A stretch of DNA of 64,000 nt from Eledone cirrhosa (lineage: Eukaryota), in assembly GCA_964016885.1 (NCBI GenBank), contig OZ024740.1, positions 403,806,001 through 403,870,000 of the forward strand, written 5' to 3'. The notes below the pieces were generated by a model. The model ran no database searches, was not told the origin of the DNA, and saw only the letters and a list, made by a program, of their open reading frames with translations. Below, one piece after another: positions 48,901 to 62,800 of this stretch (position 1 is its first letter; each line of letters starts with the position of its first letter). A program made the translations under genes and the position numbers.

Positions 48901-50754
48901 TAATCTCCAGCTGCAATCAAGCGAGATCATGGAGCAGTAAGCAAAATCAAGAGTGCTATATTGACTCACGGCAATCCATTTGCTGCTGATGGGGAAACAC
49001 TCTACAACTTGATAACTCATGCATATATCCCAGATGAGTATGTAACGCAGATCTTGGAGATGGATGACACTGGACAAAAGCTGTACGAGGAATATGTTGC
49101 TGAACGGATCAATGGGGACGTCAGCCTTTGGGCACCACTGAAGAGACGAAATAACGAGATGTTCACATCTGGCAACAAGAGACATGCTGTAAAGGTTCGT
49201 GACAAAACCATTGACATGAAGGAAATCAAAGATTTGTATGGCAGACTTATGGTTCTTGCCAGATCCGACCGAGACGTGAACCAGAAAGAAACAATTAACA
49301 ATTACGAGTTCACCTTGACGCCAAGAGCACTCTTTGCCCCAAATGGGTCAGTGTTGCCATGCACTGACAAGTCCAAACTCATTCATCTCCTTGAGCAGAT
49401 AGCATCAGAGAAAACAGCACAAGGCGATTCACTGCAAGATGAAGCCACTGAAAAGGACAATATCAAACACAACAGGAGGGTTGCGGTGGTAGATGGAATG
49501 GTGCTTATTCAGAAGCTGACTAAGAAACCAGCTACCATGGATACAGTGAGAGATCTAATCCAAAGTTTCTATGAAAGACTGATAAACCTCACGCAGAACT
49601 TTAACGAAATAATTCTCGTGTTTGACACATATAAGACCAAATCCTTGAAGAATGCAACCAGGCAGAAGAGACGCCAAGGGAAGGTTCCAGTCCAGTATCA
49701 AGTCAGAGATGAGACGAGCATCAAGCACATAACCATGAGCAGATTCCTGTCACATGAAAAGACGAAGGCTGATTTGACCAAGTACTTGGTAGAAAAGACT
49801 CTGTACTACAGCAAATATTCCTCCAAACTTGTCATCACTTCAGCATCTGGCCAAACCAGGAGCAACAAGGATTTGGAACCTTTTAGTAAAAACAACCACG
49901 AGGAAGCTGACACACTGATGATATGCCTTGCAGTATCTTCAACAAGGCGAAACCCAAGAGATATGCAACTAACTTTTGTCTCACCTGACACAGATATCCT
50001 GGTTCTGGTAATTGCCAACTATGATTTGTTACCTAGGCACACCTCCATCTCCATGGCATCAAGTGTTCTAAAGATCCAGCCATTCTGGGACGTTCTAGGT
50101 CCAGCAAAAGCGAAGGCTTTACCTGCATTCCATGCCTTCTCTGGCACCGATAATACGGGAAGGTTTGCTAGAGTAGGAAAGGCCACATGGTTCAAGATCT
50201 TCCTTGAAGCTGACGATAACACCATTGACGCTCTGAAAAAGCTGTCTGATGATACTGAAGTGACTAAAGAACTTCTGACCAGCTTGGAAAGTTTTGTGTA
50301 CCCTGCCTACAGTCCAAAGGGAATCCAAATCAAAAGCATTCCAGAGTTGCGATGGTACCTGTTCTGTAAATACATGTCAGAGAGTGACAAGTTACCACCT
50401 ACAGTTGGTGCCCTCAAACAGCACATTTTAAGGGTACATGTGCAAGCACGATTTTGGGGCCAGGTAAGCACTCTCCAGCAAGTTCCACTGGATCCAATGC
50501 AGAACGGCTACTACGAGGGAGATGATGGCCAACTAAAGTCAACCACTACTGATGATCCTCCAGCACCTGAAGCCATCATTGAGAGGGTGAGATGCCAGTG
50601 CAAGGGAGTTTGTTCCTCACAAAGATGTTCCTCAAGGTCAAAGAATCTGCAGTGCACCGACCTTTGCTTGTGCACCACACAGTGTGAAGATAACGCGGAA
50701 AGAGTTTATGAAAACCTTGACTCAGGTAATACTGATAGTGAGAGTGATGACTGA
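45916..50754 (+). pseudogene. AcademX-type DNA transposon gene (DDE transposase, XPG/FEN1-like nuclease, Cys-rich zinc finger), about 1600 codons broken by ~6 frameshifts/stops
   Basis: Seven consecutive same-strand ORFs. N-terminal CIFC and YHxxC. Transposase motifs FFAVDNADF, FDMALYEKA, RLGEFH, DHACE. Nuclease motifs VVDG, FDTY, HEEADT, SPDTD, FHAFSGTD. C-terminal CxCxxxCxxxxC...CTDLCxC. Confidence 0.82.
48961..50754 (+). CDS. Intact 597-aa C-terminal segment: XPG/FEN1(PIN)-like nuclease and CXC-like Cys cluster
   Basis: Acidic motifs DG, FD, EEAD, DTD, G(T)D are all present. The preceding ORF is in the same frame, separated only by TAA at 48901-48903. Confidence 0.75.
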   Translation: MTHGNPFAADGETLYNLITHAYIPDEYVTQILEMDDTGQKLYEEYVAERINGDVSLWAPLKRRNNEMFTSGNKRHAVKVRDKTIDMKEIKDLYGRLMVLARSDRDVNQKETINNYEFTLTPRALFAPNGSVLPCTDKSKLIHLLEQIASEKTAQGDSLQDEATEKDNIKHNRRVAVVDGMVLIQKLTKKPATMDTVRDLIQSFYERLINLTQNFNEIILVFDTYKTKSLKNATRQKRRQGKVPVQYQVRDETSIKHITMSRFLSHEKTKADLTKYLVEKTLYYSKYSSKLVITSASGQTRSNKDLEPFSKNNHEEADTLMICLAVSSTRRNPRDMQLTFVSPDTDILVLVIANYDLLPRHTSISMASSVLKIQPFWDVLGPAKAKALPAFHAFSGTDNTGRFARVGKATWFKIFLEADDNTIDALKKLSDDTEVTKELLTSLESFVYPAYSPKGIQIKSIPELRWYLFCKYMSESDKLPPTVGALKQHILRVHVQARFWGQVSTLQQVPLDPMQNGYYEGDDGQLKSTTTDDPPAPEAIIERVRCQCKGVCSSQRCSSRSKNLQCTDLCLCTTQCEDNAERVYENLDSGNTDSESDD

Positions 50755-50885
50755 TATCATGGTTATGACTTATTCCGTTCTAAAAGTGGCAATAACAAAG
50801 TGTGCACAAATTTGTATTCCTGCCTGTTAAAAGTCATGACTGATTTTATCGTGAAATGGACAAAAGCAAAGTGTCCATGAATTAA

Positions 50886-53800
50886 TTGTTTTATGTATTA
50901 AAATAAAGAGTACGTGAAGACAAATTTATTTTTATTTGTTTTATGTATTAAAATAAAGTGTACGTGAAGACAAATATATTTTTATTTGTTTTATGTATTA
51001 AAATAAAGTGTACGTGAAGAGAAATTTATTTTTATTTGTTTTATGTATTAAAATAAAGTGTACGTGAAGACAAATTTATTTTTATTTGTTTTATGTATTA
51101 AAATAAAGTGTACGTGAAGACAAATTTATTTTTATTTGTTTTATGTATTAAAATAAAGTGTACGTGAAGACAAATTTATTTTTATATGTTTTATGTATTA
51201 AAATAAAGTGTACGTGAAGACAAATTTATTTTTATTTATTTTATGTACTAAAATAAAGTGTACGTGAAAACAAATTTATTTTTATTTGTTTTATGTATTA
51301 AAATAAAGTGTAGGTGAAGACAAATTTATTTTTATTTGTTTTGTGCATTGAAATAAAGTGTACGTGAAGGCAAAATTATTTTTATTTGTTTTATGTATTA
51401 AAATAAAGTGTACGTGAAGACAAATTTATTTTTATTTGTTTTATGTATTAAAATAAAGTCTACGTGAAGACAAATTTACATTTATTTGTTTTATGTATTA
51501 AAATAAAGTGTACGTGAAGACAAATTTATTTTTATTCGTTTTATGTATTAAAATAAAGTGTACGTGAAGACAAATTTATTTTTATTTGTTTTATGTATTA
51601 AAATAAAGTGTACGTGAAGACAAATTTATTTTTATTTGTTTTGTGTATTAAAATAAAGTGTACGTGAAGACAAATTTATTTTTATTTGTTTTATGTATTA
51701 AAAAAAAGTGTACGTGAAGACAAATTTATTTTTATATTTTTTATGTTTTAAAATAAAGTGTACGTGAAGACAAATTTATTTTTATTTGTTTTATGTATTA
51801 AAATAAAGTGTACGTGAAGAAAAATTTATTTTTATTTGTTTTGTGTATTAAAATAAAGTGTACGTGAAGACAAATATATTTTTATTTGTTTTGTGTATTA
51901 AAATAAAGTGTACGTGAAGACAAATTTATTTTTATTTGTTTTATGTGTTAAAATAAAGTGTACGTGAAGACAAATTTATTTTTATTTATTTTGTGTATTA
52001 AAATAAAGTGTACGTGAAGACAAATTTATTTTTATTTGTTTTATGTATTAAAATAAAGTGTACGTGAAGACAAATTTATTTTTATTTGTTTTATGTATTA
52101 AAATAAAGTGTACGTGAAGACAAATTTATTTTTATTTGTTTTATGTATTAAAATAAAGTGTACGTGAAGACAAATTTATTTTTATTTATTTTATGTATTA
52201 AAATAAAGTGTACGTGAAAGCAAATTTATTTTTATTTGTTTTATGTATTAAAATAAAGTGTAAGTGAAGACAAATTTATTTTTATTTGTTTTGTGCATTG
52301 AAATAAAGTGTACGTGAAGGCAAAATTATTTTTATTTGTTTTATGTATTAAAATAAAGTGTACGTGAAGACAAATTTATTTTTATTTGTTTTATGTATTA
52401 AAATAAAGTGTACGTGAAGACAAATTTACATTTATTTGTTTTATGTATTAAAATAAAGTGTACGTGAAGACAAATTTATTTTTATTTGTCTTATGTATTA
52501 AAATAAAGTGTACGTGAAGACAAATTTATTTTTATTTGTTTTGTGTATTAAAATAAAGTGTACGTGAAGACACATTTATTTTTATTTGTTTTATGTATTA
52601 AAATAAAGTGTACGTGGAGAGAAATTTATTTTTATTTGTTTTATGTATTAAAATAAAGTGTACGTGAAGACACATTTATTTTTATTTGTTTTATGTATTA
52701 AAATAAGTGTACGTGAAGGCAAATATTTTTATTTGTTTAATATATTAAAATGAAGTGTACGTGAAGACAAATTTATTTTTATTTGTTTTGTGTATTAAAA
52801 TAAAGTGTACGTGAAGACAAATTTATTTTTATTTGTTTTGTGTATTAAAATAAAGTGTACGTGAAGACAAATTTATTTTTATTTGTTTTATGCATTAAAA
52901 TAAAGTGTACGTGAACACACATTTATTTTTATTTGTTTTATGTATTAAAATAAGTGTACGTGAAGGCAAATATTTTTATTTGTTTAATGTATTAAAATAA
53001 AGTGTACGTGAAGACAAATTTATTTTTATTTGTTTTGTGTATTAAAATAAAGTGCACGTGAAGACAAATTTATTTTTATGTGTTTTGTGTATTAAATTAC
53101 AGTCTACGTGAAGACAAATTTATTTTTATTTGTTTCATGTATTAAAATAAAGTGTACGTGAAGACAAATTTATTTTTATTTGTTTTATGTATTAAAATAA
53201 AGTGTACGTGAAGACACATTTATTTTTATTTGTTTTATGTATTAAAATAAGTGTACGTGAAGGCAAATATTTTTATTTGTTTAATGTATTAAAATAAAGT
53301 GTACGCGAAGACAAATTTATTTTTATTTGTTTTGTGTATTAAAATAAAGTGTACGTGAACACACATTTATTTTTATTTGTTTTATGTATTAAAATAAGTG
53401 TACGTGAAGGCAAATATTTTTATTTGTTTAATGTATTAAAATAAAGTGTACGTGAACACACATTTATTTTTATTTGTTTTATGTATTAAAATAAAGTGTA
53501 CGTGAAGACAAATTTATTTTTATTTGTTTTATGTATTAAAATAAAGTGTACGTGAAGAAAAATTTATTTTGATTTGTTTTGTGTATTAAAATAAAGTGTA
53601 CGTGAAGACAAATTTATTTTTATTTGTTTTATGTATTAAAATAAAGTGTACGTGAAGACAAATTTATTTTTATTTGTTTTATGTATTAAAATATAGTGTA
53701 CGTGAAGACACATTTATTTTTATTTGTTTTATGTATTAAAATAAGTGTACGTGAAGGCAAATATTTTTATTTGTTTAATATATTAAAATGAAGTGAACGT

Positions 53801-56800
53801 GAAGACAAATTTATTTTTATTTGTTTTGTGTATTAAAATAAAGTGTACGTGAAGACAAATTTATTTTTATTTGTTTTGTGTATTAAAATAAAGTGTACGT
53901 GAAGACAAATTTATTTTTGTTTGATTTGTGTATTAAAATAAAGTGTACGTGAAGACAAATTTATTTTTATTTGTTTTATGTATTAAAATAAAGTGTACGT
54001 GAAGACAAATTTATTTTTATTTGTTTTGTGTATTAAAATAAAGTGTACGTGAAGACAAATTTATTTTTATTTGTTTTGTGTATTAAATTAAAGTGTACGT
54101 GAAGACAAATTTATTTTTATTTGTTTTGTGTATTAAAATAAAGTGTACGTGAAGACAAATTTATTTTTGTTTGATTTATGTATTAAAATAAAGTGTACGT
54201 GAAGACACATTTATTTTTATTTGTTTTATGTATTAAAATAAAGTGTACGTGAAGACAAATTTATTTTCATTTGTTTTATGTACTAAAATAACGTGTACGT
54301 GAAGGCAAATTTATTTTTATTTGTTTTATGTATTAAAATAAAGTGTACGTGAAGACAAATTTATTTTTCTTTGTTTTGTGTATTAAAATAAAGTGTACGT
54401 GAACACACATTTATTTTTATTTGTTTTATGTATTAAAATAAAGTGTACGTGAAGACAAATTTATTTTTATTTGTTTTATGTATTAAAATATGTGTACGTG
54501 AAGGCAAATATTTTTATTTGTTTAATGTATTAAAATAAAGTGTACGTGAAGACACATTTATTTTTATTTGTTTCATGTATTGAAATAAGTGTACGTGATG
54601 GCAAATATTTTTATTTGTTTAATGTATTAAAATAAAGTGTACGTGAACACACATTTATTTTTATTTGTTTTATGTATTAAAATAAAGTGTACGTGAAGAC
54701 AAATTTATTTTTATTTGTTTTATGTATTAAAATAAAGTGTACGTGAAGAAAAATTCATTTTGATTTGTTTTGTGTATTAAAATAAAGTGTACGTGAAGAC
54801 AAATTTATTTTTATTTGTTTTATGTATTAAAATAAAGTGTACGTGAAGACAAATTTATTTTTATTTGTTTTATGTATTAAAATATAGTGTACGTGAAGAC
54901 ACATTTATTTTTATTTGTTTTATGTATTAAAATAAGTGTACGTGAAGGCAAATATTTTTATTTGTTTAATATATTAAAATGAAGTGAACGTGAAGACTAA
55001 TTTATTTTTATTTGTTTTGTGTATTAAAATAAAGTGTACGTCAAGACAAATTTAATTTTGTTTGTTTTGTGTATTAAAATAAAGTGTACGTGAAGACAAA
55101 TTTATTTTTATTTGTTTTATGTATTAAATTAAAGTGTACGTGAAGACAAATTTATTTTTATTTGTTTTATGTATTAAAATAAAGTGTACGTGAAGACAAA
55201 TTTATTTTTGTTTGATTTGTGTATTAAAATAAAGTGTACGTGAAGACAAATTTATTTTTATTTGTTTTATGTATTAAAATAAAGTGTACGTGAAGACAAA
55301 TTTATTTTTCTTTGTTTTGTGTATTAAAATAAAGTGTACGTGAACACACATTTATTTTTATTTGTTTTATGTATTAAAATAAAGTGTACGTGAAGACAAA
55401 TTTATTTTTATTTGTTTTATGTATTAAAATATGTGTACGTGAAGGCAAATATTTTTATTTGTTTAATGTATTAAAATAAAGTGTACGTGAAGACACATTT
55501 ATTTTTATTTGTTTCATGTATTGAAATAAGTGTACGTGATGGCAAATATTTTTATTTGTTTAATGTATTAAAATAAAGTGTACGTGAACACACATTTATT
55601 TTTATTTGTTTTATGTATTAAAATAAAGTGTACGTGAAGACAAATTTATTTTTATTTGTTTTATGTATTAAAATAAAGTGTACGTGAAGAAAAATTTATT
55701 TTGATTTGTTTTGTGTATTAAAATAAAGTGTACGTGAAGACAAATTTATTTTTATTTGTTTTATGTATTAAAATAAAGTGTACGTGAAGACAAATTTATT
55801 TTTATTTGTTTTATGTATTAAAATATAGTGTACGTGAAGACACATTTATTTTTATTTGTTTTATGTATTAAAATAAGTGTACGTGAAGGCAAATATTTTT
55901 ATTTGTTTAATATATTAAAATGAAGTGAACGTGAAGACTAATTTATTTTTATTTGTTTTGTGTATTAAAATAAAGTGTACGTCAAGACAAATTTAATTTT
56001 GTTTGTTTTGTGTATTAAAATAAAGTGTACGTGAAGACAAATTTATTTTTATTTGTTTTATGTATTAAATTAAAGTGTACGTGAAGACAAATTTATTTTT
56101 ATTTGTTTTATGTATTAAAATAAAGTGTACGTGAAGACAAATTTATTTTTGTTTGATTTGTGTATTAAAATAAAGTGTACGTGAAGACAAATTTATTTTT
56201 ATTTGTTTTATGTATTAAAATAAAGTGTACGTGAAGACAAATTCATTTTTATTTGTTTTATGTATTAAAATAAAGTGTACGTGAACACACATTTATTTTC
56301 ATTTGTTTTATGTATTAAAATAAAGTGTACGTGAAGGCAAATATTTTTATTTGTTTAATGTATTAAAATAAAGTGTACGTGAAGACAAATTTATTTTTAT
56401 TTGTTTTATGTATTAAAATAAAGTGTACGTGAAGACAAATTTATTTTTATTTGTTTTGTGTATTAAAATAAAGTGTACGTGAAGACAAATTTATTTTTAT
56501 TTGTTTTATGTATTAAAATAAAGTGTACGTGAAGACACATTTAATTTTCTTTGTTTTATGTATTAAAATATGTGTACGTGAAGGCAAATATTTTTATTTG
56601 TTTAATGTATTAAAATAAAGTGTACGTGAAAACAACTTTATTTTTATTTGTTTTGTGTATTAAAATAAAGTGTACGTGAAGACAAATTTAATTTTGTTTG
56701 TTTTGTGTATTAAAATAAAGTGTACGTGAAGACAAATTTATTTTTATTTGTTTTATGTATTAAAATAAAGTGTACGTGAAGACAAATTTATTTTTATTTG

Positions 56801-59800
56801 TTTTATGTATTAAAATAAAGTGTACCTGAAGACAAATTTATTTTTATTTGTTTTGTGTATTAAATTAAAGTCTACGTGAAGACAAATTTATTTTTATTTG
56901 TTTTATGTATTAAAATAAAGTGTATGTGAAGACACATTTATTTTTATTTGTTTTATGTATTAAAATAAGTGTACGTGAAGGCAAATATTTTTATTTGTTT
57001 AATATATTAAAATGAAGTGTACGTGAAGACAAATTTATTTTTATTTGTTTTGTGTATTAAAATAAAGTGTACGTGAAGACAAATTTATTTTTATTTGTTT
57101 TATGTATTAAAATAAAATGTACGTGAAGACAAATTTATTTTTATTTGTTTTGTGTATTAAAATAAAGTGTACGTGAAGACAAATTTATTTTTATTTGTTT
57201 TGTGTATTAAAATAAAGTGTACGTGAAGACAAATTTATTTTTGTTTGATTTGTGTATTAAAATAAAGTGTACGTGAAGACAAATTTATTTTTATTTGTTT
57301 TATGTATTAAAATAAAGTGTACGTGAAGACAAATTTATTTTTCTTTGTTTTGTGTATTAAAATAAAGTGTACGTGAACACACATTTATTTTTATTTGTTT
57401 TATGTATTAAAATAAAGTGTACGTGAAGACAAATTTATTTTTATTTGTTTTATGTATTAAAATATGTGTACGTGAAGGCAAATATTTTTATTTGTTTAAT
57501 GTATTAAAATAAAGTGTACGTGAAGACACATTTATTTTTATTTGTTTCATGTATTGAAATAAGTGTACGTGATGGCAAATATTTTTATTTGTTTAATGTA
57601 TTAAAATAAAGTGTACGTGAAGACAAATTTATTTTTATTTGTTTTGTGTATTAAAATAAAGTGTACGTGAAGACAAATTTATTTTTATTTGTTTTATGTA
57701 TTAAAATAAAGTGTACGTGAAGACAAATTTATTTTTATTTGTTTTATGTATTAAAATAAAGTTTACGTGAAGACAAATTTATTTTTATTTGTTTTATGTA
57801 TTAAAATAAAGTGTACGTGAAGACAAATTTATTTTTATTTGTTTTGTGTATTAAAATAAAGTGTACGTGAAGACAAATTTATTTTTATTTGTTTTGTGTA
57901 TTAAAATAAAGTGTACGTGAAGACAAATTTATTTTTATTTGTTTTATGTATTAAAATAAAGTGTACGTGAAGACAAATTTATTTTTATTTGTTTTATGTA
58001 TTAAAATAAAGTGTACGTGAAGACAAATTTATTTTTATTTGTTTTATGTATTAAAATAAAGTGTACGTGAAGGCAAATTTATTTTTATTTGTTTTGTGTA
58101 TTAAAATAAAGTGTACGTGAACACACATTTATTTTTATTTGTTTTATGTATTAAAATAAAGTGTACGTGAAGACAAATTTATTTTTATTTGTTTTATGTA
58201 TTAAAATATGTGTACGTGAAGGCAAATATTTTTATTTGTTTAATGTATTAAAATAAAGTGTACGTGAAGACACATTTATTTTTATTTGTTTCATGTATTG
58301 AAATAAGTGTACGTGATGGCAAATATTTTTATTTGTTTAATGTATTAAAATAAAGTGTACGTGAACACACATTTATTTTTATTTGTTTTATGTATTAAAA
58401 TAAAGTGTACGTGAAGACAAATTTATTTTTATTTGTTTTATGTATTAAAATAAAGTGTACGTGAAGAAAAATTTATTTTGATTTGTTTTGTGTATTAAAA
58501 TAAAGTGTACGTGAAGACAAATTTATTTTTATTTGTTTTATGTATTAAAATAAAGTGTACGTGAAGACAAATTTATTTTTATTTGTTTTATGTATTAAAA
58601 TATAGTGTACGTGAAGACACATTTATTTTTATTTGTTTTATGTATTAAAATAAGTGTACGTGAAGGCAAATATTTTTATTTGTTTAATATATTAAAATGA
58701 AGTGAACGTGAAGACTAATTTATTTTTATTTGTTTTGTGTATTAAAATAAAGTGTACGTCAAGACAAATTTAATTTTGTTTGTTTTGTGTATTAAAATAA
58801 AGTGTACGTGAAGACAAATTTATTTTTATTTGTTTTATGTATTAAATTAAAGTGTACGTGAAGACAAATTTATTTTTATTTGTTTTATGTATTAAAATAA
58901 AGTGTACGTGAAGACAAATTTATTTTTGTTTGATTTGTGTATTAAAATAAAGTGTACGTGAAGACAAATTTATTTTTATTTGTTTTATGTATTAAAATAA
59001 AGTGTACGTGAAGACAAATTCATTTTTATTTGTTTTATGTATTAAAATAAAGTGTACGTGAACACACATTTATTTTCATTTGTTTTATGTATTAAAATAA
59101 AGTGTACGTGAAGGCAAATATTTTTATTTGTTTAATGTATTAAAATAAAGTGTACGTGAAGACAAATTTATTTTTATTTGTTTTATGTATTAAAATAAAG
59201 TGTACGTGAAGACAAATTTATTTTTATTTGTTTTATGTATTAAAATAAAGTGTACGTGAAGACACATTTAATTTTCTTTGTTTTATGTATTAAAATATGT
59301 GTACGTGAAGGCAAATATTTTTATTTGTTTAATGTATTAAAATAAAGTGTACGTGAAAACAACTTTATTTTTATTTGTTTTGTGTATTAAAATAAAGTGT
59401 ACGTGAAGACAAATTTAATTTTGTTTGTTTTGTGTATTAAAATAAAGTGTACGTGAAGACAAATTTATTTTTATTTGTTTTATGTATTAAAATAAAGTGT
59501 ACGTGAAGACAAATTTATTTTTATTTGTTTTATGTATTAAAATAAAGTGTACCTGAAGACAAATTTATTTTTATTTGTTTTGTGTATTAAATTAAAGTCT
59601 ACGTGAAGACAAATTTATTTTTATTTGTTTTATGTATTAAAATAAAGTGTATGTGAAGACACATTTATTTTTATTTGTTTTATGTATTAAAATAAGTGTA
59701 CGTGAAGGCAAATATTTTTATTTGTTTAATATATTAAAATGAAGTGTACGTGAAGACAAATTTATTTTTATTTGTTTTGTGTATTAAAATAAAGTGTACG

Positions 59801-62800
59801 TGAAGACAAATTTATTTTTATTTGTTTTATGTATTAAAATAAAATGTACGTGAAGACAAATTTATTTTTATTTGTTTTGTGTATTAAAATAAAGTGTACG
59901 TGAAGACAAATTTATTTTTATTTGTTTTGTGTATTAAAATAAAGTGTACGTGAAGACAAATTTATTTTTGTTTGATTTGTGTATTAAAATAAAGTGTACG
60001 TGAAGACAAATTTATTTTTATTTGTTTTATGTATTAAAATAAAGTGTACGTGAAGACAAATTTATTTTTCTTTGTTTTGTGTATTAAAATAAAGTGTACG
60101 TGAACACACATTTATTTTTATTTGTTTTATGTATTAAAATAAAGTGTACGTGAAGACAAATTTATTTTTATTTGTTTTATGTATTAAAATATGTGTACGT
60201 GAAGGCAAATATTTTTATTTGTTTAATGTATTAAAATAAAGTGTACGTGAAGACACATTTATTTTTATTTGTTTCATGTATTGAAATAAGTGTACGTGAT
60301 GGCAAATATTTTTATTTGTTTAATGTATTAAAATAAAGTGTACGTGAAGACAAATTTATTTTTATTTGTTTTGTGTATTAAAATAAAGTGTACGTGAAGA
60401 CAAATTTATTTTTATTTGTTTTATGTATTAAAATAAAGTGTACGTGAAGACAAATTTATTTTTATTTGTTTTATGTATTAAAATAAAGTTTACGTGAAGA
60501 CAAATTTATTTTTATTTGTTTTATGTATTAAAATAAAGTGTACGTGAAGACAAATTTATTTTTATTTGTTTTGTGTATTAAAATAAAGTGTACGTGAAGA
60601 CAAATTTATTTTTATTTGTTTTGTGTATTAAAATAAAGTGTACGTGAAGACAAATTTATTTTTATTTGTTTTATGTATTAAAATAAAGTGTACGTGAAGA
60701 CAAATTTATTTTTATTTGTTTTATGTATTAAAATAAAGTGTACGTGAAGACAAATTTATTTTTATTTGTTTTATGTATTAAAATAAAGTGTACGTGAAGG
60801 CAAATTTATTTTTATTTGTTTTGTGTATTAAAATAAAGTGTACGTGAACACACATTTATTTTTATTTGTTTTATGTATTAAAATAAAGTGTACGTGAAGA
60901 CAAATTTATTTTTATTTGTTTTATGTATTAAAATATGTGTACGTGAAGGCAAATATTTTTATTTGTTTAATGTATTAAAATAAAGTGTACGTGAAGACAC
61001 ATTTATTTTTATTTGTTTCATGTATTGAAATAAGTGTACGTGATGGCAAATATTTTTATTTGTTTAATGTATTAAAATAAAGTGTACGTGAACACACATT
61101 TATTTTTATTTGTTTTATGTATTAAAATAAAGTGTACGTGAAGACAAATTTATTTTTATTTGTTTTATGTATTAAAATAAAGTGTACGTGAAGAAAAATT
61201 TATTTTGATTTGTTTTGTGTATTAAAATAAAGTGTACGTGAAGACAAATTTATTTTTATTTGTTTTATGTATTAAAATAAAGTGTACGTGAAGACAAATT
61301 TATTTTTATTTGTTTTATGTATTAAAATATAGTGTACGTGAAGACACATTTATTTTTATTTGTTTTATGTATTAAAATAAGTGTACGTGAAGGCAAATAT
61401 TTTTATTTGTTTAATATATTAAAATGAAGTGAACGTGAAGACAAATTTATTTTTATTTGTTTTGTGTATTAAAATAAAGTGTACGTGAAGACAAATTTAT
61501 TTTTATTTGTTTTATGTATTAAAATAAAGTGTACGTCAAGACAAATTTAATTTTGTTTGTTTTGTGTATTAAAATAAAGTGTACGTGAAGACAAATTTAT
61601 TTTTATTTGTTTTATGTATTAAAATAAAGTGTACGTGAAGACAAATTTATTTTTATTTGTTTTGTTGTATTAAAATAAAGTCTACGTGAAGACAAATTTA
61701 TTTTTATTTGTTTTATGTATTAAATTAAAGTGTACGTGAAGACAAATTTATTTTTATTTGTTTTATGTATTAAAATAAAGTGTACGTGAAGACAAATTTA
61801 TTTTTGTTTGATTTGTGTATTAAAATAAAGTGTACGTGAAGACAAATTTATTTTTATTTGTTTTATGTATTAAAATAAAGTGTACGTGAAGACAAATTCA
61901 TTTTTATTTGTTTTATGTATTAAAATAAAGTGTACGTGAACACACATTTATTTTCATTTGTTTTATGTATTAAAATAAAGTGTACGTGAAGGCAAATATT
62001 TTTATTTGTTTAATGTATTAAAATAAAGTGTACGTGAAGACAAATTTATTTTTATTTGTTTTATGTATTAAAATAAAGTGTACGTGAAGACAAATTTATT
62101 TTTATTTGTTTTGTGTATTAAAATAAAGTGTACGTGAAGACAAATTTATTTTTATTTGTTTTATGTATTAAAATAAAGTGTACGTGAAGACACATTTAAT
62201 TTTCTTTGTTTTATGTATTAAAATATGTGTACGTGAAGGCAAATATTTTTATTTGTTTAATGTATTAAAATAAAGTGTACGTGAAAACAACTTTATTTTT
62301 ATTTGTTTTGTGTATTAAAATAAAGTGTACGTGAAGACAAATTTATTTTTATTTGTTTTATGTATTAAAATAAAGTGTACGTGAAGACAAATTTATTTTT
62401 ATTTGTTTTATGTATTAAAATAAAGTGTACCTGAAGACAAATTTATTTTTATTTGTTTTGTGTATTAAATTAAAGTCTACGTGAAGACAAATTTATTTTT
62501 ATTTGTTTTATGTATTAAAATAAAGTGTATGTGAAGACACATTTATTTTTATTTGTTTTATGTATTAAAATAAGTGTACGTGAAGGCAAATATTTTTATT
62601 TGTTTAATATATTAAAATGAAGTGTACGTGAAGACAAATTTATTTTTATTTGTTTTGTGTATTAAAATAAAGTGTACGTGAAGACAAATTTATTTTTATT
62701 TGTTTTATGTATTAAAATAAAATGTACGTGAAGACAAATTTATTTTTATTTGTTTTGTGTATTAAAATAAAGTGTACGTGAAGACAAATTTATTTTTATT

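Noticed and set aside
47009-50328. Minus-strand ORFs overlapping the transposase
   Set aside because: Antisense shadows of the plus-strand coding sequence, with no recognisable motifs.
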